From contig BLSG01000249.1 in the NCBI GenBank assembly GCA_012862495.1, forward strand, positions 53,353 through 108,085: a DNA stretch of 54,733 bases, in the 5' to 3' direction. Origin of the DNA: Thraustochytrium aureum. Its lineage: Eukaryota. Shown in pieces: positions 45,707 through 54,733 of this stretch. Under the pieces are notes generated by a model. It did no database searches. It was not told the DNA's origin and was given only the letters and a program-made list of their open reading frames with translations. The stretch's first letter is position 1, and each line of letters opens with the position of its first letter. The position numbers and the translations under genes are program-made.

Positions 45707-47253
45707 ATGGCGGGTGTTGATGATGTGGTGGAAGGCCTCGGCGCGGTGCCGGCAGCGCTCGGCAAGGCTATCCGCAAGGTGATGGGCGAGCGGGGATGCA
45801 CGGCGAGCGAGGCGCTCGCTGTGGCCGAGTGGNNNNNNNNNNNNNNNNNNNNNNNNNNNNNNNNNNNNNNNNNNNNNNNNNNNNNNNNNNNNNNNNNNNN
45901 NNNNNNNNNNNNNNNNNNNNNNNNNNNNNNNNNNNNNNNNNNNNNNNNNNNNNNNNNNNNNNNNNNNNNNNNNNNNNNNNNNNNNNNNNNNNNNNNNNNN
46001 NNNNNNNNNNNNNNNNNNNNNNNNNNNNNNNNNNNNNNNNNNNNNNNNNNNNNNNNNNNNNNNNNNNNNNNNNNNNNNNNNNNNNNNNNNNNNNNNNNNN
46101 NNNNNNNNNNNNNNNNNNNNAAATGGACAACTGGGCCGAGCGCGCCGTGGAGGGGCACTTTTCCGGCGCAAGGCCCTGGGTCGCGATTGACGAAGTGTGC
46201 ATCAAGGAAATGGCCGCTATGGTCGGCGCGAAGGAGAGCGAGGTAGCGACCATGTCAAGCCTGACCGTCAACCTGCACCTTCTGATGATCTCGTTCTACC
46301 GCCCCTCGGGCAAGCGCTGCAAGATCCTGTTGGAGGCAAAGTCGTTTCCTTCCGACTACATCGCGGTGCGTTCCCAGATCCTGGAAAAGGGCCTGGACCC
46401 CGAGGAGTGTATGGTGTTTGCTCGGCCGCGCGAAGGTGAAGATACGGTGCGGACAGAGGACATCTGCGCCCTGGTGGACGAGCACGCGGACGAACTCGCG
46501 CTAGTCCTGCTGCCGGGCATTCAGTACTACACGGGGCAGGTTTTCCAGATGCGCGAGATCACTGCGCACGCCCATCGCGCGACGGACGGGAAGTGCCGCG
46601 TTGGGTTTGACCTTGCTCATGCAGTAGGGAACGTGGAGCTGTGCTTGCACGACTGGGGCGTCGACTTTGCGTGCTGGTGCACGTACAAGTACCTGAATAG
46701 CGGGCCAGGGGGCGTTGGCGGTGCCTTTGTGCACGAGCGGCACGGCGACGACTCGTCGATCCCGCGACTCGCGGGGTGGTGGGGCCACCGCAAAGAAGAC
46801 CGCTTCCTTATGGCGGAGCAGTTCCTGCCGAGTAAGGGCGCGATGGGGTGGCAGTTGAGCAACCCGGCGGTTCTCACGCTTGCAACTCTCCGCGCGTCTT
46901 TGGAGCTGTTTGCCCGGGCTTCCATGCCGGCCTTGCGCCTCAAGTCTGTGGCGCTGACGAGGTACCTCGAGCTGTTGCTGGAGGCAGAGCTGGCAGCTGG
47001 GTCGTGCCGCAGCATTACGCCGCCGTTCGATCGCGCAGCAGAGCGAGGAGCGCAGCTCTCGCTTGTGTTTCGCGACCCGATCAAGGCTGTGCACCATGCT
47101 GTGGAGCGCGAGGGTGTGATTTGCGACATGCGCGAGCCCGACGTGATGCGGATCGCGCCCGCGCCCCTTTACAACTCTTTTCACGACGTGTGGCTGTTCG
47201 TGGGCAAGCTGAAGCGGGCAATGGCGTCGTGCGGGGCGCCGACGGCGGCATGA
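45707..47253 (+). CDS. KYNU: Kynureninase (PLP-dependent), eukaryotic type; gap near the N-terminus
   Basis: WAERAVEGHF, VGAKESEVATMSSLTVNLHLLMISFYRP, FPSD, LPGIQYYTGQ, GFDLAHAVGN..L.LHDWGVDFACWCTYKYLNSGPG, LAGWWGH, WQLSNP, RIAPAPLYNSFHDV. Confidence 0.97.
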
Positions 47254-47318
47254 GCGTCGTGCGGGGCGCCGACGGCGGGATGGGCGTCGTGATTGGCGCC
47301 GACGGCGGCATGGGCGTC
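47221..47318 (+). repeat. 30-bp tandem repeat (about 3.3 copies) overlapping the kynureninase stop codon
   Basis: ATG(-/A/G)GCGTCGTG(CGG/ATT)GGCGCCGACGGCGG(C/G) x3, then ATGGGCGTC. Confidence 0.9.
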
Positions 47319-47675
47319 CCCGGCCCAGCGAGTACCTTGCGAATAGAAACAGCGCTGACAAACAAAACAGATTGGTATGGCGTTCTTGCCAGGGCCAAGG
47401 CGACTGCGCTGTCCTGTCCTGTCTACCTACCTATAGAACGAGGACTGTGTAGAGTACCCTAGGGTACCCCAGGGTACCTACAGCAACTATCTGAACAGAT
47501 CGATCAAGGCGTGCAGGGCCGGGCGTCTGCCGCGCTGCACGAGCGGCACTGCAAAAAATCTGTGTAAAGGCGCTCGAGCCGGTCTGGGGGCAAACCCATT
47601 GGCGAGCAGCCAAGTTCCGGTTGCAGCCCCGGGCGAGCGCCTGCCTCGCTCGCTCGTTGCTCGCGAACCGCCACA

Positions 47676-49314
47676 CTAGTCGCGAACCCAGTTGCTATAG
47701 TGTACCTGTGGGAGCAGGGCGTGGCGGCTGACCATCTCTGCGAGCCCCTGCACCGAAACGTCGGGACCCTCGGCTTCGCTTGCGCTCGAGATGAGGCACG
47801 CGACGTGGTGGCGGTTGAGAGCCTCAAGCTTGCGCAAGAGCCGAATCGCCGTGTTGTAGGCCTCGAAGAGGTGCTCGAGCACCCACTGGAGCGAGTGCAC
47901 GCGAAAGTGGACCTGGACCTGATCGACGACCTGAACGTTCTTGCCGACATCCTTGAATCGGAACACCTTGTTGGTGTAGTCGTAGACGGGCACCCACGAG
48001 TCGGCCACGCAGGACGGCTCCTTGGGAGTCGAAAGGTAGTGCAGTTCGTAGGCGGAAACGATGAGCTCGTCGAGATGCACAGCAAACTCGACGAGAAGCT
48101 CGCGCGGCGGCGCAGGCACGAACTGGCTCTGTGTTTTGTCTGCTGCAGTTCGCAGCACGTTTGGAAAGTGGTTGAGGCTTGGGTTTGAGAGCGCGTTGCG
48201 CGACTCGATGAGAGCGCAGACTGTGGCATGCAGGCTCTGCTGCGCTGCAAAGGCAGCCTCCGCGGAGGGCGGATCGGCCAACTCTTTAGCGAACAGGAGC
48301 CCCGCTCTGAGCGCCGTGAGGTGTTCAACCTGCGTTTCAGCGCTCTGGTACACCGACTTGACCTGGTCAAGCACCCATGGGGTTTTGTGGCTGGTCGAGC
48401 GTGGTGTGGAACGAGTGCGAGCCGCCCCCTGTCCGCGTGATGAGGTGTTTGTGGTGCTTGTGCAGTTTCAGGTCGATCTGGGCGTACCGAATGTAGAATC
48501 CATCCATGCTGAGCGCGACGTCCATCCAGGTGTTTGGCGACGGCGAGTACGAGATGGATGGGGCTGCGCTTGAGGCCGCGCTGCCGTGCACGATGTGAAA
48601 GCCGCGGCGGGCCGCTGAGGAGGAGAGGTGCCGCAGCCCGCTCGACACGGACGATCCGCCGCTGCTGCCGAGGGCTGGAACCGCGGGCGAGCTATGGGGC
48701 CGGGTGGTGTGCTTGTGAGCCATGCGAAGGCCAGGTCCTTGCGCGATCAAACCCATCTGCACGGCTGTACTGCCGCCGTGTGCGCTGAGCTCGCGCATAC
48801 CGCCGCCACTCTTGGGCTCCTTGTCGCGCGCAGCTCGCGAACGGATAAACTGGAGCGGGCTGGGGATCCGGCGGAGTGCGCTGCTGTGCGAGGCGGCCGA
48901 GGAGGCGGAGTGCGTTCGCAAGATCCCGCTTTCGCTGCTTCCGCCAAAGGTGAGGCCGCGTTTGGGGGCTTCCCCGTCCGCAACGCCGCCGCCTGTAGAT
49001 GGCGCGTGGGCTGGCGCGGTGGGGGTGGCCACTTCGGCACTGCCGGGTTCGATCTCTTTGCGGATCTGGTCGAAGAGGTTGATGAGTTTGTCCAGCGCAT
49101 GCGGGAGCTCCTCGAACAGGAGGCGCTTCCGGATGAGCTGCACGGCTTGAAGCTCGTCTGGTTCTAGGCCTGCAGCGCCGATGGGGTGCTCCGCTGGGTT
49201 GCCGCCGGGTCCAGACGTGTCGGGCGCGTCGTGTTCAGCGCCGGACATCTTGACCGATTTTATGGATATTTTCGGGGGCCTTGCCCGCGCCTCTTCTGCC
49301 CCGCTCGGCTCCAT
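47676..49314 (-). CDS. ROGDI: Rogdi/Rav2 family protein (RAVE/Rabconnectin-3 V-ATPase assembly subunit); frameshift near 48378
   Basis: RLLFEELPHALDKL..L, WMDVALSMDGFYIRYAQIDLKL, PWVLDQV (after removing one C), FVPAPPRELLVEFAV..DELIVSAYELH and VVDQVQV..RVHSL..VL..L..AY......LRKLEAL follow the order of Rogdi blocks. Confidence 0.8.
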
Positions 49315-50604
49315 ACCCTTTCGCGAGCCGTCGGCTCCTCAACCGTCCCCTGGTGGGCGACCCGAACGCGCGGCGCCACGACCCTGCCTCTACACCCGTT
49401 CCCACCAACTTCCGAAACGCAGCGAGCGGGCTCTTCTTCGAGCGAGGAGACCGCCGGCGCACGGGCCCGTCCTGCTCCACGCCGCCGCTTCCAGCCCGCC
49501 CGGCCGCCCGGCCGCCCGGCGGCCACCGCTGTGCGCTTTGACCAACAGCACAACACCAACAAAAAACCAGCAAGCGCGGCCTGCCAGCCGGCCTGCCTGT
49601 CCGCCGAGACTGCGCGCCGCGGGCAGAGCCGTACGCCGAGCAAAGGCGCCTGCCGCTCGCAGCAGTCCGGGCCTCGTGACCGCTCGGGGTCTGTCGCGCC
49701 CCGCGTGTGCTGCTCGCGCGCTCTGGAGGCGGGTAAGCCCTCTAGCTACTAAGAGGTATGTCCATGCAGAGTATCCTGAACGCACAAGGCTTTTTACTTG
49801 ACGCACAAGACGCTGTTATTGACGAGCAAGACTCGCAAACCGATGAGCTTCGGATGAAGGCCAACTTTCAATTGATTCTTGGCGCTTGCAAGGCGTTGGC
49901 CTTGACGCGCAAGAGCGGCTCCTTGACGGCCAAGGCTCGCGTCTTCGCGAGGATCGATGCGCGGGCGCAAGACGGAGGGAGGATCGGATGATTGACGCGC
50001 GCAAGGGAGGCTCGCATCTTTGGGACGGATCGTCCCCCTCGGGGCACCGACTGCAGTCTGCAGTCTGATGATGCTGTCTGTCGGTCGTTGCTGTCGGCAA
50101 GGAGCTGTCGGTTGTGGGGTCGAGGAATCGCGCCACAAATTGGCGTTTTGGCGTCGTGGCGAATTGGTTTTGTGCCTGCATGTCACGGCGGCAGCGAGAA
50201 CTCCTCTGCTCTACTCTACCTACTTCCCTACCTACCCTGCCGGGGCTCTTATGTAAGAGTCCTCACTCTTTACTCGGAAGGTGGTTCGTGCTACCAAGCA
50301 GGTACTCGCCCTGAAGCAGGCAGACTCCACACTGGCCGTGCTCAATCGCTCGCTCAACTGTTGAGTACCTGGTTTTCATGACAATCGCGCGGTCCCAATT
50401 GGAACTTGAACGGTCGGAAAACAAGCGCGAGAGTTGGCGCCCGGTCGCACAAAGTCATCAACGTCGACGAGCCGAGCGGCAGAGGCAGCCGCCGGGGCGC
50501 TGCAAGCAGCAAACAAAGCGGGCGGCCGTATGAAGAAAAAAGCTACAAATAAATTCCAAGAGTCCATATACAAATAAGGCCGCACGCCGCGCCGCCCACT
50601 CGGG

Positions 50605-51189
50605 CTAGCGCGCACCCTGCGCCCGTGTGACGTGGCGTCGTTGAGCCACGCTCGCAAGCGTGCAAAACGTGAGCCAGCACTCGCCCGAGCAAAAGCTGCG
50701 GCGCGATTCGTCCACGGCGCCCATGCACGAGTCCTCCGGCAACGCGGCAAAGACCTGTGCGCAGTGCCGGCACTTGGAAAAGCCCAAGTTGGACTCTGTG
50801 GAGACGTCGCTGAGGTCGCCCGACCGAGAGCGCAGCATCAGGCTGCGGTCGAAAAAGTAGCTCGCGCGAGAGAGCGACGGCTCGGACCCCTTGCGGCTCG
50901 GTCGAACGTCGCTAGGCTGGTTGGCTTGGTCTGCTGCGCCCCTGCGCTTGCCGTCCCAGGCCAGCGCGAGCGAGAGGCCGCTGGGCTTTCTCGCGGGCGG
51001 CGGGGGCGGCGACGACGACTGCTCCGCCCCATCCTGGGCTTGATGGTCCAGCGCCTCGAAGAGCGCGCCGCTTTTGGGAGACTCCTGTGGCTGGCTGTCA
51101 CTTGCAAACCACTTGGCACTCCGTTTCATGTTGCCCCGGCTCGGCGCGACGCACTCCGCGATCTCCACGTACTCTAGTGTGAAGGCCAT
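50605..51189 (-). CDS. Small disordered protein with a C-terminal FCS-type (FLZ-like) zinc finger
   Basis: ATG at 51189 (MAFTLEY...), Ser/Pro-rich body, CRHC-x22-FCSGEC. Confidence 0.7.
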   Translation of the reverse strand: MAFTLEYVEIAECVAPSRGNMKRSAKWFASDSQPQESPKSGALFEALDHQAQDGAEQSSSPPPPPARKPSGLSLALAWDGKRRGAADQANQPSDVRPSRKGSEPSLSRASYFFDRSLMLRSRSGDLSDVSTESNLGFSKCRHCAQVFAALPEDSCMGAVDESRRSFCSGECWLTFCTLASVAQRRHVTRAQGAR

Positions 51190-52856
51190 GCTCGCCTGGC
51201 GGCCCACCCGCCTCGCGGCAACGCCGGTGGCGCCTCAACTCGGCTCGAGGAGCGCGTTCAACGCAAACCACGCCGATCCCCGTTAAATCAAAAACCGCGC
51301 CTCCCACCGACCGGCGCAGCGCCAGGTCCCCGGCAGCACACGGTCCGGCGTGACACCCACACGATGCACCACGCGCGACGGCCTGCGCTGCAGCTTTGCC
51401 CGCTGCGAAATGCTCGGCGATCTCCGAAGCCGCTGGGCATTGGGGTCTGTCTGCGCTGCATGCATTATGCATGCATGCCAGGCGACACCACACTTCTACC
51501 CGATAGCTCAAAAGTGAACCAAAAACAAACAAAAAATAAACAAAAAACCAAAAAGGAATAAACCAACAAAANNNNNNNNNNNNNNNNNNNNNNNNNNNNN
51601 NNNNNNNNNNNNNNNNNNNNNNNNNNNNNNNNNNNNNNNNNNNNNNNNNNNNNNNNNNNNNNNNNNNNNNNNNNNNNNNNNNNNNNNNNNNNNNNNNNNN
51701 NNNNNNNNNNNNNNNNNNNNNNNNNNNNNNNNNNNNNNNNNNNNNNNNNNNNNNNNNNNNNNNNNNNNNNNNNNNNNNNNNNNNNNNNNNNNNNNNNNNN
51801 NNNNNNNNNNNNNNNNNNNNNNNNNNNNNNNNNNNNNNATCCATTCGCCCCTCTCCAGCCGCGCCGCTTCCTCCGGCAAAAGCCCTGAGAGGGCGCGCCC
51901 CAGCAGCAGCAGCAAAGGAGCGGGGGCAGCGGCTCTGAAAAAGAGCGCCGAGTGAGTCGCACGACGCGCCCCTCAGGGCCTCGAGCGTTTTCGCCGTGCG
52001 TGCCATGCTGCGTGTGGGGGCGGGTTTGGCGTTCGGCGAGCAGAAAAGCGCAGCGCACCACAGGGCCACAGGGAGGGAAGAGCGGTTCCTCCTCACAAGA
52101 GGTCCACGTTGCGCGGTCCTCCCAGGACCACCAGCCCCCACATCCGCTTGAGAGGGCGCCGCGCCAAAGGCCTCCGGATCGGTTGCCGCCTCTCAACAAG
52201 CAGCGGCGCGCGGGTCAAGAGTGGGCTCCAGCGCGGCCGGCTCCTCTGGTGCTCTTGTGAGGGCGGCGCGAAGCGAGGAGGCCAGGTGTACAGCGCGTCA
52301 CGCTCGCTGGGAGTGGACTGGCCCACAGGAAGGCTGGCCGCGGCTCGATCGACCCCTGGATCAACTTCAGGATCAACTCGCGGCGAGGAAAGGGAGGAGG
52401 AAAAAGCCTGTTCAAGCACAGCACCACCTAGGTAGGGTAGAGGACTCTGCCTCTCTCCCACCACCGAGGGGAAGGAGGAAGGGCGCGCGGCGCCTCACGA
52501 CGCGAGAGGCTTTTGCTCCGGCTGCGAAGAGGCGCACTCCCTCCCTCCCTCCCTCCCGCCTGCCAGTGCCGCTCTTCTGTTTTTGATGCTGGTTTGCCCT
52601 CGCGGGAGAGGGGGGATTGATTTTTTTTAATAAATTGTTGATTCAATTGTTGATACAGCGGCGAGGAGGGATAGGTCTGTGCCGGAAGGGCAAGTGTCTG
52701 TCGAGAAGTGGAGTCGCAGAGCAGTGAACGGAACTCGCTGAGCTGGAAGGGCTCGATTTGACCCGCTCGCTCTCTCTCGCTGCGAGCGCGCGAAGTGAGA
52801 GCCGCTCTCCCAATGCGTCCCAGGCGCTTGCTCGTTTCCTGCGACGCCCGACTTCC

Positions 52857-53007
52857 GAAAGAAGAAAGAAGGCCGAACTCGAGGCTGGAGGAAGGAAGAA
52901 AGAAAGAAAGAAACGTTGAAAGAAACATTGAAAGAAACCAAGAAGGGTGAATGAAGTGAAATGAAAGCAAGGCTGAAAGCAAGGCTGAAGGAATGAATGC
53001 AAGAAAT
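52857..53007 (+). repeat. Purine-rich (GAAA/GAA) low-complexity tract
   Basis: gaaggaagaaagaaagaaagaaac...gaaagcaaggct x2. Confidence 0.7.
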
Positions 53008-54733
53008 GTCTCCACGCTTTCTCCGAAGTCCGGCGCATCCACCACGTTCGCCGGTGAATAAGTGTATAGATATGCCGTGTAGATTGCGCCGGAGCGCCGC
53101 AGGTTGCTGGGTACGGGGGCAGCCTGGCACCCCGCTCCGCGGCACTCCGGTCGACGCACTGAAAACCCCTGAATGCCGCAGGGATTCAGGACTGCGGGCA
53201 GGCGGCCACCAGGCGATAGCAGACGAGCGAACGGCGCAATAGGGGCGCCGGGTCGACGCTTGGGAGCGCAGAATGTATCCGCGGTGGGTGTCNNNNNNNN
53301 NNNNNNNNNNNNNNNNNNNNNNNNNNNNNNNNNNNNNNNNNNNNNNNNNNNNNNNNNNNNNNNNNNNNNNNNNNNNNNNNNNNNNNNNNNNNNNNNNNNN
53401 NNNNNNNNNNNNNNNNNNNNNNNNNNNNNNNNNNNNNNNNNNNNNNNNNNNNNNNNNNNNNNNNNNNNNNNNNNNNNNNNNNNNNNNNNNNNNNNNNNNN
53501 NNNNNNNNNNNNNNNNNNNNNNNNNNNNNNNNNNNNNNNNNNNNNNNNNNNNNNNNNNNNNNNNNNNNNNNNNNNNNNNNNNNNNNNNNNNNNNNNNNNN
53601 NNNNNNNNNNNNNNNNNNNNNNNNNNNNNNNNNNNNNNNNNNNNNNNNNNNNNNNNNAATCACGACTTGCAGCTCGGAGGCGGATCCTGCCTCCTTGGTG
53701 AGGATGCGTGGCCGCCACAGCGTGGCCAGCCAGCGCAGCGTGGCCAGCACAGCGTGGCCGGCATGCCCTGCAGCAGGCGCAGCCAGACAGACGCACCACG
53801 TGACGCCAGTCCATTCTCGATGCCTGCGCGGCAGTGTGCGGGGCTGCACTATGACGCGGTGCGGCGCAGGGCGACAGCGGCATCATCGCCTTCCGGCCAG
53901 CACCACGCGCGCAGCAGGACAGCGGAGAGCAGCAGCATCTAGAGGCTTGGCACCATCGCCTTCCTTTCCGGCGAGCAGCCAGCCAGGTGTCGACCAAGTT
54001 GGCTTTGTTGCAAGTCGAAATGAGCCGTCGCGGATGCTGGCAAGCCGGCCTTGGATCTCATCATGATCCCCGCCTCGAGCGTGACGAGCGAGCGAGCGAG
54101 CGAGCCGCACCCACGCGAGCGCCAGCAGCACTGTGACGGGGCAGGACACCCGCTCGCGCGCCGGTGTGCAAGCCCAATCCACAGCTGCGACGGGACAAAA
54201 AAGAGGCGATTCACCGCGGTGCTGGCGTCTTCACCGACGACCTTTTGCCCTGGCCACGGTGCGCGAATGTGAGGCGTCGGGTTTTTCGCAAAGGCCATCT
54301 CCCTGTCAAGAGTCCGTCTGACGAAGCGACACCTCGCTCTAGCGCTAGAGGCACACGGTGCACTGGCCGGCCAAACGCCAAGCGAAAAGTCACACCTGGC
54401 GCTCGAGTCGAGCGGCTCGTGCCTTGTTGTGCAGGACACAGGGGCGATGACACGGCGCCGATGACGCGACGCGACGGTCGTCCCAGGGCTGCGAAGCAAT
54501 GACACCACGGACGTTGATGACAGGTGTGCAACAAGGGTGCAACGTCTTCTTTCGTTCGCAGGGAGGTGCGCACGTGTTCTGTTGAACGGCGTCGGACGAC
54601 CTCGCTCATTAACGGGCCTGGCGCCCTGCAAGTCAGCAGGTTTCGCCGGCATATCGCGCAAATGTGCGAGCAACGCGATGTGGCTTCGGCATGACCGCCG
54701 ATTCACGCGAAGACAAACGCGCACGTCTCGCAC

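Noticed and set aside
99..49314. Mass pseudogenisation or programmed ribosomal frameshifting
   Set aside because: The affected genes keep intact catalytic motifs and show no in-frame nonsense decay. Indels go in both directions and mostly fall in homopolymers, with no common recoding motif.
49758..49991. 77-aa ORF MSMQSILNAQGFLLDAQ...
   Set aside because: Plausible composition but no motif or other support.
1..54733. tRNA, rRNA or snRNA genes
   Set aside because: No cloverleaf, A/B-box pair or rRNA signature recognised by eye. A tRNAscan/Infernal run would be needed to exclude them.

Overview
GC-rich, gene-dense, nearly intron-free eukaryotic scaffold with about 20 N-gaps. It is most consistent with a flagellated heterotrophic protist; a thraustochytrid or other stramenopile is my inference, not shown by the sequence. 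I can support about 21 protein-coding loci: Zn-dependent alcohol dehydrogenase, branched-chain aminotransferase, DUF4116-type repeat protein, dual-specificity phosphatase, WD40 protein, SCLT1/CEP89-like coiled coil, PrpF-family isomerase, Tousled-like kinase, CK2 beta, VARP-like VPS9 (+RCC1), RING protein with a duplicated beta-rich domain, DHRS7B-like SDR, UBZ + MgsA/WRNIP1-C-terminal-like protein, CENP-I/Mis6, PX-VPS9 protein, TPR protein, kynureninase, Rogdi/Rav2 and an FCS/FLZ-like zinc finger. Many genes are broken by single-base indels, and those I could resolve lie mostly in short homopolymers, which points to sequencing error rather than biology. I saw no rRNA, tRNA, cas gene, transposase or other self-contained novel multi-gene system. 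The best leads are unusual domain architectures (Myb/SANT-like motif in TLK, ATPase-less WRNIP1-like protein, VARP-VPS9 followed by RCC1, FLZ-like finger), a bacterial-looking orphan gene, and structured non-coding arrays (60-bp array upstream of CENP-I, 20-bp TTAGGG-containing array, AACGG cluster with inverted repeat, TA-rich motifs at gene 3' ends). All family calls come from motif recognition by eye; no searches were run.
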